A stretch of 63,985 nucleotides of DNA, filler included, from Stramenopiles sp. TOSAG23-6 (GCA_900128565.1; 5 parts of 5 records of this genome joined end to end with filler, not necessarily neighbours in it); one strand, 5' to 3'. Numbered from the whole stretch's first letter, positions 45,009 through 56,891 are shown. Made by a program: numbers and translations. Notes: generated from the sequence alone by a model not told the origin.

Positions 45009-46618
45009 ATGATATATTTACTTTTATTTCTTTACTTTGCACAGTGTTGTCAATGTATTTTTGCCGCACCTTTAATTCATAATAATGATGAACTCTTATC
45101 TATGGTAGCAGAAAAAGACGCAGTCCTTAGACAAACTTTACAAGTGGCAGAACATTCTATTATGAGTAAACTAGAAAAGGCAACAACAAAACTAGCAACA
45201 CATTTGAAGCATAAAAGTAACCCTGATATAATTAAAATGTTGAATGAAACTATAGAGTTTCTACAGAAAAAACAAAAGAAGAAACTGATAGAGTGGAAGG
45301 CAATGCATCTTAATAGAACAATACCAAAAAAACTAAGGGCAAATGCAAATGTTTTATCTCAAATTAGAAAAAATCAAAAGAAAAGAAAACAAAAACGTGA
45401 AACACTACAAGCACAGCAAGCAAACAACGTTCCATTGAAAATAACAAAACAACAAAAGAACAGAGAGACAAACCATTCCCATGACTCACATGATAAACAA
45501 ATGGTCGAAAGTCTAAAAGAATTTAATTCTGAATATCCTGAAGATCCTGAAGATCCGTGTAATAGCAGTAACATACGCCGACTTTGTTTGAATAAGTCGA
45601 ATGAGTCAAAACATAACAAAAAAAACGAAAAAAACGAAAAAAACAAAAAAATCAAAAAAAACAAAAAAAACGAAAAAATGAGTACAGCAGAGAAAGTGGC
45701 AACAAATCTACTCAATGAAATTAACTCAGGATATGTAAATTTTATTTTTTTCAATTTCGAATTTATTTTTTTTCGTACGAAATTTTGTATCTAACAAATT
45801 TTAATTTTTTTTTTAAATATTTTTCCAAAACTCATGTAAATTTTGCGTCTTGGGATTCTGATTTGTTAGATTCTTTAATATTTTCATTGCCTTCATATGA
45901 AAATAATCAAAATCCTATTTTAACAGAAGCATTAATTCGCCTGCAACAAATGATACGAATCGGTCATGGTGATTTTTCATTTTGGGATAAAGAGACAGTG
46001 GCTGCATTAAAATATTTCATCAGAAATTCGCAAAAAAAAAATGCAAAATCATCAAAAGTATCAAATTATTATGATGTGAATAGTACGGAAGACAATGTAC
46101 TAACGAAATCTCCTAAATTTAGAAATCGATTTAGAATACCATTCATTCCAGATACATTTAGGATAAATTCAATACATTCAATACATTCTACAATGGTCCC
46201 GGGAACAACAACTTTTATAGATAAGCCCAATAAGAAAAAAAAAAAAACACGAAATATACGAAATACACATAGGATCAATTCTACAATGAGAACAGAAAAT
46301 TCAGTAGATCCACCCAGGAAGAAGAATAGAAAAAAGAAGCTGCATAAGAAGCCAATTATGAAAATTGCGAAAATGATAGATACAGAAAAAAAAACAAATT
46401 CGGCAAATTCGTCCATTATTTCGGCCATTTCGGAAGCACTGAATGAAGCGTATGAAGCACAAGCTGACTTTATAGATGCTACAAAAATAATGGAAAATTC
46501 TGAGGGCAATAATGATGAAGGCTTTGAAGACGCATATGAAGACGCACATGACGCAGCAGCTGACTTTTTAGTTGCTGAAGAAGAAGTAAAACTTCTTTTT
46601 GAAGAAATGAAGAAATAA
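45009..46618 (+). CDS. Hypothetical secreted Lys-rich protein; exons 45009-45734, 45836-46618
   Basis: Signal-peptide-like N terminus; two ORFs joined in frame by repeat removal. Confidence 0.6.
45735..45835 (+). mobile_element. Introner-family intron (GT...AT)
   Basis: tat|GTAAAT...core...AAAACTCAT|gta. Confidence 0.8.
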
Positions 46619-46858
46619 AAGTATCAAAAGTATGTTTGTAAAAATAAAAAAAATTTATCTTTGGAGTATGTCCTTTCTCCAAGAAAAACTGTAAAAAAAA
46701 TCGCGCAAACCTGCTTTTTTTCTTAATTTTCAAATTGAAATGGAGGTCGAGGTCGAGGTCAAAGTTTCTTCTGTGTGTCACAACAGCGACTACGAACACC
46801 TGTTCTGAACAACAAGGTTCTGAACAACAATATACAGAACAACAAGACGGTAATAAGT

Positions 46859-47878
46859 ATGACTTCTTCCAGTAGCAAAAAGAGGAAATTACAGACTGCT
46901 TTTGAGGCGCTAGATAAAGCAAGAAGTGAACTTGAAGACCACGAAGATTCTTTGAAAAAACGCGAAAAGGCACTAAAAAGAGCGACTGGAAGTTTGGATG
47001 AAGAGCGCAAAAAAATGGCAAGTGTTACACCGAGCGACGTGATTTATTTGAACGTTGGTGGGCATCATGTCACGGCGCTTCGAAGAACTCTGTGTCAGTA
47101 TGAACCATCGATGCTCGCATGTCAATTTTCCGGGCGCTGGGATAAAACAATCGCTAAAGATGAAAATGGTAGGTTTTTCATCGACCAACGATACGAGCTC
47201 TTTGAATACTTGCTGAACTATCTACGAACAAAGGCCGTGGAAATGCCTCACACCCCGTTAAAAGACCTTAATATTCCTAAAACAGAAAACTCAAATATCA
47301 ACGAGATACCATATAATGCAGCCTTTGTGGAAGATTTTGAACGTATGGTCGAATATTATGGTATGACTCCATTTGTCTACCAGACGCACTTTGTACTTTA
47401 TCAAGGAAAACCTGAAACAGCGCATATTACCAACGGAGCTGAGTCAACCGTCAGTACAACAGATTGGTGTACCTTATGCATACAAAACTTTTTGCATCCA
47501 CGAAGAATCAAATCTTTTGAAATTATCGTTGAATCTTTTGAGAATATACAAGTAGGGTGGACATATCAAAAAGGCGCTATTAAGAAGGTTTTAACGAAAG
47601 TTAGTTCTGGTGTAGCTCTTGCAAGCGATCCTTATTCAGTTGTATTCGACAGCATTCGTGGTGGTATTGTAAAAAGTGGAATATTGATAACATCCGTTGC
47701 TGAGTCTATCACTGATGGCTCTGTTATCCAGTGCTCAATGGTTGGTACTCAAATTTCATGGTGTTTTGATGGGAGTGAAATGACATATAAACATCAATCG
47801 CAATATAGGAGAAGTTATTGTATGCCCATAATATGTGGTAGGGGAAAATGGAGACTTGCAAATGTTAGATTTGCGTAG
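46859..47878 (+). CDS. KCTD-like BTB/POZ protein
   Basis: IYLNVGG....R.TL.....SML...FSGRW.....D..GRFFID....F..LLNYLR. Confidence 0.9.
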   Translation: MTSSSSKKRKLQTAFEALDKARSELEDHEDSLKKREKALKRATGSLDEERKKMASVTPSDVIYLNVGGHHVTALRRTLCQYEPSMLACQFSGRWDKTIAKDENGRFFIDQRYELFEYLLNYLRTKAVEMPHTPLKDLNIPKTENSNINEIPYNAAFVEDFERMVEYYGMTPFVYQTHFVLYQGKPETAHITNGAESTVSTTDWCTLCIQNFLHPRRIKSFEIIVESFENIQVGWTYQKGAIKKVLTKVSSGVALASDPYSVVFDSIRGGIVKSGILITSVAESITDGSVIQCSMVGTQISWCFDGSEMTYKHQSQYRRSYCMPIICGRGKWRLANVRFA

Positions 47879-48328
47879 ATACTTGAATTAAAATAAAAGT
47901 ATAAAAGTGTTAAAATCTCTAAAACTTTTCTACTTATAAGTTATACTCTTTATTTTTTTTTATGTATTTATTTCACAGTTTACTCGGAGGTTTTCCCCAA
48001 CCGTGCCATTCAGGTATACTAAGCCATTTGCCTTTCAGTTTTTCATCATTTTGTTTTTTCTTTTCGATAATATCTCAGCCATTCTATAGGTTTCAAATTA
48101 TTACTATTGTATGTTTCACTTCCCTCATGAGGTTTTATTCATAATACTATGACCCTATAACCCTAACCCTAATGGTGCAATTTTCAGTAATATTCTTTTT
48201 TGACTGAGAGACCAAAAATTTAATTCAATTGTGTCAAATGAAATCAAATGTTGGTTGGACATCGACATCATTCTATACACGGTCGGGATAGGATATTGAA
48301 TATTCAATATTCCAGTCAAACAAGAAAC

Positions 48329-50582
48329 ATGGCGCATCGAGCATCACTACTCACTCAGACAAATGCTCGATATAGTTACAATCGTGAGCTTGGAAGAGAC
48401 GATGAATCAAGAGATTCTTCCCTTGAATCTGAGATAGTTTCTCCTGCTTTTTCTTTGCGTCCAAATATAAAAATAGCAGATTCTTCTTTGCGAGGCACTG
48501 TATTTAATCTCGTAAACACAACTATTGGTGCTGGACTACTTTCTCTTCCCAATGGAATTGCACATCAAGGTGTTTTACTAGGTTTGATAATGTTGATTAT
48601 AGTTGCATTTTTGGGTGTCCAATCGACGAGTCTTATATGCCGTGCCATGGAACTCAGTGGAACAACAACATACCCAAGTCTTGGTCTAGTAACGTGGGGT
48701 CCTCAAGGTAGAACTCTTGTTTCTGTAACAATTATTCTTCTCAACTTTGGTTTGATGTGTTCATATACATGCATCATTGGGGACGTTCTACCTAATTGTC
48801 TTGCTCACTTAACGGGTAATGAAGTCGTTATCAAAGGTAGTATAGCAGCGTTCATTCTCAAACGTTCTTTCATTTTGCCAATTTTGGCTCTTTTAGTGTT
48901 ATTTCCGCTATCGTGTGTGAAGAAGCTTGCTGCACTACGATGGACATCCTATATATCGGTATGCTTTGTGTTAATATTTTGTATAGTAGTTGTTTCAAAT
49001 GGAGTGAACACCATTCAACACAATAATTTTAGTGTCTTTTGGTCACATGTATGTTTCTATGATAAATTTCAAATATTGTTTTTTCGTACGAAATTCCGTA
49101 CCTAACGAATTTTTCTAAAATATTTTTTCACAATACATGATTTTCCAAATTGTGAAAAGAAATCAACCACTGAGTTTCTTCACTCAGTTGTAGCGTTTGA
49201 TACCGACTTTTGCTCTTCATTGAGTGCTTTACCCCTTTTTTTTGCTTCATATGTAAATCAAATGAATGTTCCGGTCTTATGTGCGTTTTCATCATGAATT
49301 TGTATATATTTTTTTAATACGAAATTTTGTACCTAACAAAAAACTCGAGTGTAAAATATGTTTCACAATACAGACACAGACCTTCGAAGAGGTGAAGATG
49401 GGTCTTCTAAATTCAATCAAAAGCGAGATAAGCTTTATTGGGCGGCAATGTATTTTTTCAAAATTAAATTTTAAATTTGTTTTTTCGTACGAAATTTTGT
49501 ACCTAACAAAACATTTTAATTTCAAATATTTTTTCATAATACACGGTTGCTCAAATTTTCTGTTCTACTTTATTTATTTCAGAAGCTGTGATGGGTTATA
49601 TAGCGTATGGTCCTTGTGTCAACTCAAATGTTCTCAATGAGTTTAATGATACCCTTACTTTTAACATTGTACTAAAAATTCTCTATTGTTTTGTCCTTTG
49701 CTCTGTATTTCCATGTACGTTTTCATCATTCATTTCAAATTTATTTTTTTTTCATACGAAATTTTGTACCTAAACAAAAACGATTTTTTTTTTGAGTTTT
49801 TATTTGATACGTTTTCATCATTCATTTCAAATTTCAAATGTATAAAAAAAAAATTATAGAAACTTAACAAATTTTGAATGTGACATATTTTTCATCAAAA
49901 TATGTATGTCTTATGGTTGCTGTAAAAGTGTGCATGGTTTGTTATATGGTGATAGGGTAGAACAAACAGCAACGCAGAGATGTATCGAGGCCTTTATTTT
50001 AACAATTTTTGCCACTGCCGTTGGCGTGTAGGTTTTCATCATGAATTTCGAATTACATTTTTTTTTTCATACCTAACAAATTTTCAAAATTTAAAATATT
50101 TTTTTACAGTGTTCTTTTTTTTTTTCATTTTTTTTCGTATGTAATTTCATACCTAACAAATTTTCAAAATTTAAAATATTTTTCTACAGTGAAGTATCGT
50201 GGATGACGTTGGATCCATTTTCCAAATTGTTGGCTGTACCACGTGTTCACTTATCATGTATGTATATCCTGCCTTATTTTACATGACAATTGTGAGACGA
50301 GTCAATGCATCATCCCTTTTACATCCACTGTTAAGCACTAGTCGAAATACGTACAATACCCAACCTCACACTACTTCTATAGAAGAGGTAGGTTTAGTTC
50401 AGACAGCCAATTCTTTCATAGATAGAGAAGTACATTCAGATGAACAGGATAATGTTACTGATGTTGAAATGAAATCTAAAACTATTGTTTTGACACCGTG
50501 GGCGTATATAGTTCTTTCATTTGGTATTTTTGGTGGTATTGGGTCAACTTGTGCGGTTGTATACAAAATCTTACACAAATAA
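48329..50582 (+). CDS. SLC38/Aa_trans amino-acid transporter; exons 48329-49048, 49139-49280, 49374-49449, 49545-49714, 49904-50027, 50195-50582
   Basis: VFNLVNTTIGAGLLSLP, PLS...L..LRWTS, continuous TM frame after removing five introns. Confidence 0.9.
49049..49138 (+). mobile_element. Introner-family intron (GT...AT)
   Basis: cat|GTATGT...CACAATACAT|gat. Confidence 0.85.
49281..49373 (+). mobile_element. Introner-family intron with canonical GT...AG
   Basis: at|GTGCGT...TACCTAAC...CACAATACAG|ac gives PVLYTDL. Confidence 0.85.
49450..49544 (+). mobile_element. Introner-family intron (GT...AC)
   Basis: at|GTATTT...CATAATACAC|g gtt; frame restored. Confidence 0.8.
49715..49903 (+). mobile_element. 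Double-length introner-family intron (GT...AT)
   Basis: 5' segment TACGTTTTCATCATTCATTTCAAATTT recurs at 49808; restores VFPCMSYGCC. Confidence 0.75.
50028..50194 (+). mobile_element. Introner-family intron with duplicated 3' half (GT...AG)
   Basis: ~47-bp block 50065-50111 repeated at 50145-50191; restores AVGVIVDDVG. Confidence 0.75.
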
Positions 50583-50706
50583 AATAAAAAACAACAAATT
50601 ATTATGGATTTTATTATATAAATTACAATCTTTTTCTACGTGAAATCGATATCTTATATAAGTTACATATGGAATGTATGAAATTCATATCAACTTTATA
50701 TAAAAA

Positions 50707-51668
50707 TTATTCAGAATCAAATAAAGGACTAAACTTGTAGGATACATATACAAATGGTTTGCAACAATTATCAATCTTATCCATTACGCCACTATTACTC
50801 TTAGGACTTGGAATCACAACAGGTATAGTGCAACGAAGTCGAAATAGCAGCTTAGAGAGAGGATGAATTTCTCTGTCTTTAGACNTTGNTTTTTTTTTGC
50901 TTACTTTTTCCTTGTAATAGAGATCCAGGTGCAATTTGAAAAGGCTCTCTACATGGAATACGATAGGAAAATACACCTGAACAAAATTCAGTCATTTTTA
51001 GAGGGTATTGGTCACATGCAACCCTCACGTTTTGGCCACTACATTCTTGATTTACATCTTGATTTACATCTTGATTTACATCTTGATTTAAATCTTTGAC
51101 AATGTCCTTATCATTTCTGATACAAATTCTTTTAGAGTCTTTTTGTTCAGCAATCATATCATCATTCCCTCCTCTATCATTAAAATCAGAAGAAGTATTA
51201 TTTTCTACATTTTTTCCAGAATAAAATATAGTAATACACCAATCACCAGCTTGGACTGAATATTTTCCATTACATGCCAAAATCTCAGATTTATGTATAG
51301 TAAAAAATGATGTTTCATCGACAAAACTTTCATGTTTCTTATTTGTAATGTGATCCATTTCCAATGAAGTTGATAATGGCAAAACACTAAATGTTTTGAG
51401 TGAATGGATCTTTGGATGGAATATATAGAGAACACCATCATCAAGTAGAGAAAGTTGTAATTTTTTTAGAGTTACCCAACCATTTTTTGGAAATACAGAC
51501 CCTTTTTTTCGGAAATTATTTTTCCTGGTTTTCTTTGTTTTTTTAGTATGATTTTGGTATTTTTCATCTTTGTATTTATTCCAATATTTTCTATCTTTTT
51601 TATTATGCTGTTTGTTTTCTTCTATCGATGGTCGTAACCACGACACAAAATGTTGGACTGCTTTAGAC
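50707..51668 (-). CDS. Hypothetical protein, last exon (5' partial), apparent frameshift at N/poly-T ~50884-50898
   Basis: ORF 50879-51712 continues into the frame of 50707-50976; DVNQ repeats. Confidence 0.5.
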
Positions 51669-51747
51669 ATGTTTTTGGAAAAATATTTCATAAAAAAATC
51701 GNTANGGTNCAAAATTTCGTACGAAAATAAATTCGAAATTGAAAAAA
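51669..51747 (-). mobile_element. Introner-family intron, truncated by contig end (...AT)
   Basis: Core motif (with Ns) and CCAAAAACAT on minus strand. Confidence 0.8.
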
Positions 51748-51847
51748 NNNNNNNNNNNNNNNNNNNNNNNNNNNNNNNNNNNNNNNNNNNNTTAATTAAT
51801 TAANNNNNNNNNNNNNNNNNNNNNNNNNNNNNNNNNNNNNNNNNNNN
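51748..51847. other. Artificial contig linker
   Basis: 100 nt N/TTAATTAATTAA. Confidence 0.95.
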
Positions 51848-52217
51848 CTATTGTAAGATATACGATTATGTTACTATTTATGATATCGATTAGTCTTTGT
51901 CTTAATCCTTAATCAAGGGGTAGTATAACATGAATGAATGTAAGCAAGTATCAGAGGCTTCTCGTATTAAATAATGGCAATGAAATACGCACTATAGTTT
52001 TTCCGATTTTGTAAATATAAAAGAAAAACGAACCGCCAACGCCAAAATCTCCGATACAGTTACGAATCTTTATCCTTTACCTTATAAACGTGTAGGATAG
52101 GTAATACTGTATACTATTCACACGACTACTATATCTTTTTGAGAACAAGTCCGAAATCCATTTATCCAATAGTGCTATCATTTTGAGATTAGCAATAATT
52201 TCATAAACTTTGATAAA

Positions 52218-53801
52218 ATGTCTTCTTTGGCTTCGTCCACAAAACCAAAGAAATATCGACGTCTTAAGCGCATTGGAAAAGGGAGTTTCGGTATAGTTGA
52301 TCTGATTAAAGACACAAGAGATGGAAAGCTTTATGTAATGAAAACGGTATCTGTAACAGGGCCTGACAGAGCAGGTGCACGTAAGGCTCACCAAGAAGCA
52401 CTACGCGAAGCAAGATTTTTATCGAAATTAAAGCATCCTAATATTGTTGCGTTTATTGAAGCTTTTGAGGCAAAAAATGGCACACGTCTGTGCATTGTTA
52501 TGGCGTATTGTGAAAGCGGTGACCTTGGTATGCGTTTAACACGAGCACGTGAAAAACGATTATTATTTAGTGAACTCACAATTATGGAATGGTTCATACA
52601 GATGGTATTAGCTCTTCATTATCTTCATCAAAATCATGTGCTACATCGAGATTTAAAGCCGCAAAATATTTTTCTCACTGAAAATAATAAAGTAGTAAAG
52701 TTAGGAGATTTTGGTGTAACTCGAACACTGGAGAATACATTATCAATGGCAATGACACAGGTGGGAACCCCATACTACATGTCTCCTGAACTTGCACAAA
52801 ATAAACCTTATAATGCTAAAGCTGATGTCTGGGCATTAGGTTGTATCTTATACGAAATGGCTGCATTACAAGTGCCATTTCCAGCTAGAAATTTTGCAAC
52901 TTTGGTAGAGTGTGTTATTACGAGAGACCCCGCGAAGTTACCCAGTGCTTATCCTAAAAAACTAACAGTGCTTATTCGAGGTATGATGAGAAAAGATCCA
53001 AATAGACGAGCGTCAATTGATCAAGTAATTAGACATCCTTATGTTCAGACTCATTTGGATCTTTTTGCTAAGCGTTACAGCGGTGAAGATAATGATAGAA
53101 ACATTGCAACAACTATTAATGGTGATGATAACACGATACTAAAAGATAAATTAGATACTGATACAATCGATATGAAAACTAAACAAAATGGTAATGATAA
53201 AAAACACCAAATAAATCAAATAATTCCAGTAGATCGAAAAACTTCGAGTTTGAATGAATTTGTTAAAGAAAAAATTATAACTGTTGANAATGAAACAAAA
53301 GAGTANAATGACGGTCAACAATTAGAGAAGGATATCCAGGAGCAGGAAAAACTTCTGAATCGGACTATAAAAAATAGACAAAAAGCAAAAGATTCCGGTG
53401 AATGCGGGGCAAAAAGAAATTTAGAAATGAAAGAAGAAGAACACGAAATACGAGAAACAGTTGGGAATCTAGAAAAGGAAATATTAGAGCATTCTGTAAA
53501 TGTGCATGAAAATGCCATGATCAAACAAGAAAGTGAAGATATGCAACGCACAATGGAACTTTTATTAAGTATACGTGATTTATCAGATTCGAAAGCTGTT
53601 GAAACAACTAATGTGGAAGAATTGAGAAATCCAGAAGAATTAAATACGAATGTTGAAACAAATACGGAAGATTCTTCCGTAATTAGATCCGAGGCATCAA
53701 AAGGAAACTACTCTAAAGAAGCAAAAGATGCAAAAAGCAACGATTATTATGAACAAGTCGTCGAAGTAATAGGCGGAATAGATATTAACGAAGATGAGTA
53801 A
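52218..53801 (+). CDS. NIMA-related (NEK) protein kinase
   Basis: IGKGSFG, YVMK, HPNIV, HRDLKPQNIFL, KLGDFG, GTPYYMSPE, KPYN.KADVWALGC. Confidence 0.95.
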   Translation: MSSLASSTKPKKYRRLKRIGKGSFGIVDLIKDTRDGKLYVMKTVSVTGPDRAGARKAHQEALREARFLSKLKHPNIVAFIEAFEAKNGTRLCIVMAYCESGDLGMRLTRAREKRLLFSELTIMEWFIQMVLALHYLHQNHVLHRDLKPQNIFLTENNKVVKLGDFGVTRTLENTLSMAMTQVGTPYYMSPELAQNKPYNAKADVWALGCILYEMAALQVPFPARNFATLVECVITRDPAKLPSAYPKKLTVLIRGMMRKDPNRRASIDQVIRHPYVQTHLDLFAKRYSGEDNDRNIATTINGDDNTILKDKLDTDTIDMKTKQNGNDKKHQINQIIPVDRKTSSLNEFVKEKIITVXNETKEXNDGQQLEKDIQEQEKLLNRTIKNRQKAKDSGECGAKRNLEMKEEEHEIRETVGNLEKEILEHSVNVHENAMIKQESEDMQRTMELLLSIRDLSDSKAVETTNVEELRNPEELNTNVETNTEDSSVIRSEASKGNYSKEAKDAKSNDYYEQVVEVIGGIDINEDE

Positions 53802-53941
53802 TATTCAATTAATAGAATAAACTACTTTTATATTTAGTTTTCACACAACTGTAGCATATTCCTTTTAACAACAGAAGCGACAAAAATAGAGTATACAATA
53901 CAAATGAAAATGTGACTTTCCCCATAAAAGATCATTTTAAT

Positions 53942-56595
53942 TTACGTTTTCTTTTTTTGCAAGTAAGGATGCATGCAAATTTTGGACACATCTGGTCTAA
54001 GTCCAGCACTATGAGCTAAACAACTTCGAATAAAATCTTTTGCTTCTTCACTCACTTTACTTGGTGCTTTCTCTGGAAACTTCACCTCACGAGCATTCAA
54101 CATTGTTCTCTCCGATACTAAACGCTCTTGAGTCATGCCTTCGCCAAATGGTCGAACGCCAAATAGTAATTGAAAGAAAATAACTCCCACAGACCATACA
54201 TCAACTTTCGATGAAATTCGTGGTTTATTTGATTCGCTTACTCTAAAACATTCAGGTGGGAGGTACCAGTATGTCCCTGCACCTTGCGAAGTTAATTCAA
54301 TTGATCCACCTCCAGCATCTGATCGATTGCTATCATCAACAATTTTCGAGAGGCCAAAATCTGTTATTTTAATGTTTGGTGCTGTATCAAAAATAATATT
54401 ACCTGGCTTTAAATCATAATGTATAATTGGACCATTCCCATGATTTCCACAATTGAGATAATGTAGAGCTGATAATACTTGAATAATTATAACACGTGCT
54501 TCCTTCTCTGGAAAAAATTTCCGTTCTTTCAGAACAAGATCAAGATCCGGTCCAGAACAATACTCCAAAACAGTAGCAAATGAGTGAACGTCAATTTCAA
54601 AAACATCAAATAGGCGCACAACTCTATCGTGTCTGAGAGACTTGTGGATTGCATATTCTCGAGTGGCATGTTTAGTATAGCTGTGTTTTCTTTCTTCACT
54701 CCAACTGGGATTTAACTGATGAACTTTACAAGCTACTTCGCGGTACTGAATAAGATCAAAAGCTAACCAAACTTCCGAGAAGCCACCTTTACCTAATAGC
54801 TTCGTTAAAAGATATCGATTGTGTAGGACCGGATGTTTAACGAATCGAGATGAATCCTCGTCACGACATCTTTTTAATTCGCGAATGTGTAGCTTCTTTT
54901 CACTCTCTAAATGCTTTCGTTTCTCGCCAACTTCTTCTTCTTTTTTTTTTTGTAATAACAGACCAACGCGGACGAGCTCTTCTCGTTCGGTTTGTTTTAA
55001 AACACTGATGTGGTCCGTCATAGCGTTGGTATTTGATGCATTAAATTCATCCTTTTTTTTCTTGGCTTCTGTTTTGGCCTTCCGGGCATCTTTGGCGACT
55101 TCACGACGTTCACGTTCCAGCGCTTCTCTTTTACTTATAAGTGCGGCTTGTTCCAAATACAAATCTTTTAGTTGGTATCCATCTCTCCACACTTCATGAA
55201 CATTATGTGGACTCGTTCGTTGAACGACAATATGTCCAAGACGTAAACTATTAGACTTCAGTTGCTGTCTCGAATCGCGTTTATCAAGTTGGGCTTTTTT
55301 TCTAAGGATATTTTCAAAGACTTTTGATGCAGCAGTCTGCCTAGCAAGAAAAGTCTTTTTTTCATCTTCAACTTTATTTTCCATTTCTTGAAGACGAGTT
55401 TGAAGAAATACACAAGTATCTTGAGATTCCTTGAGCTGTAACTCTAAAGAATGTATTTTGGAAAAATATTTTACAAAAAAAATTGTTAGGTACAAAATTG
55501 CGTACGAAAAATAAATTCGAAATTGAAAAACAAATAAAAACATACATTAATTCGTTCATCGGTTTGAGATATTGCAGATCCGGAACTAGAAGTAGTGGTA
55601 ATTGAACGGTTTGTTGATGAAGTATCTGATGATGCTTTACTCACACTATCAAATAAAATATTTCCTGAATCATTCGATGATATAGCTAACGAAGCTTCCG
55701 TACGAAGTAGTTGGCGTTTTGCTCTCCCCGTTGGCGTAGAAGAACGAGAAGTTTTTCTTGGTGGCATTGGTGTAGATACAGGTGCCGTCTTATCTAAAAC
55801 AGAAGTGGTTTGTATACTCTTTTTGGTTGAACCTGCACCACCTCTAGAGACGTTGCCGCCACCAAAATATGAAGCAATCGATTTCGTCTTGGTTGCTGAG
55901 GCATGTCTGCCACTTCTACTATTACTATTAGTACTATTTCTAGAAGAACCACTTGAGGGGGGCGTCAAAAGTGAGACTGGCATGGGTGAGTCAGGGCGGA
56001 AGCCTAGACTTCCATTTCCAAGACTACGGATGCTTTTCACTCTATCTCTTGAATCACCTTTTTTACTGGCTCTATCTTTTCCGCTAANAATTGGAAGTTT
56101 CGATTTTGAAGCTTTATTGTCGCGGCGAGAGTGAACGGGACTCTGAAAAAATATATTTTCTGTACTATTACTTCCTAAACTTACTTCTGAGGATATGCTG
56201 TTTCGCGAAATGTGTGACTTTTTACACCGCTTTGTCCTAGAATCATTCCGTGGAGGGGCTACACGTTTCTTCCGCGGCACACTCTTTCTTCGTGAACTTG
56301 ATGATGCGCTTAAGTTACTGGGGCTAACTCTATCTTTATTGTAGGCGCTACTAGAGCGTAATGGTGTACATTGTGCAGATGATGGTTGTGAACTTGGGAT
56401 ATCACCATTCATTTCAGTATCTGCTGTGGCAATACTGGAAACGTCGGGAGAGAGAGTGTCACTGATTGCGCGAACTCGAGATAACGCTCCAGTCATTCTT
56501 GCTTCAAGAAGTTTCTCTTTCTGTGGATTATTAATTAGAAATGACGCCTCAACAGAGTTTGAGCTGGAGTGTATTGGAGTCATTACCATTATCAA
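53942..56595 (-). CDS. TLK: Tousled-like kinase; exons 56595-55546, 55450-53942
   Basis: HIRELKR..DEDSSRF, LLGKGGFSEV, VACKVHQLN, IIHYDLKPGN, ELTSQGAGTYWYLPPECF. Confidence 0.95.
55451..55545 (-). mobile_element. Introner-family intron (GT...AT)
   Basis: aat|GTATGT...AAAATACAT|tct joins ERIN|SLELQ. Confidence 0.85.
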
Positions 56596-56891
56596 CTAAA
56601 CACCCGCGCTTCCAATGGATCAGAGCAAACGGGGGGAAATACCGACTACGGGTGGAACGTATCGTGTTTAGCAAAGATTGATGATGAATTCGGACAAGTT
56701 CTTCTTCGAGAGCGACATATCGACGACACAATTCATTTGATTTGATGGCGATCGATGGCGATGGCCTCTCGATCTTTAAAACACGAAATAATCAACATTT
56801 TTAATGAATGACCAAAAATCAATGCGTATTTAAAAATCTCGTTTATTTTATGGGTTTTTTTCACACTCACTCCTTCAATACCTATAAAAGT

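Noticed and set aside
49049-50194. Repeat-spacer pattern resembling a CRISPR array
   Set aside because: The spacers are in-frame exons of one eukaryotic gene; no cas genes.
50884-50898. Frameshift in hypothetical gene
   Set aside because: Ns and a homopolymer at the site; likely an error.
55451-55545. Helitron-like A|T insertion without TSD (TG...CA ends)
   Set aside because: The base after ATAC covaries with the -2 exonic base, indicating a 2-bp duplication; no TC...CTRR ends.
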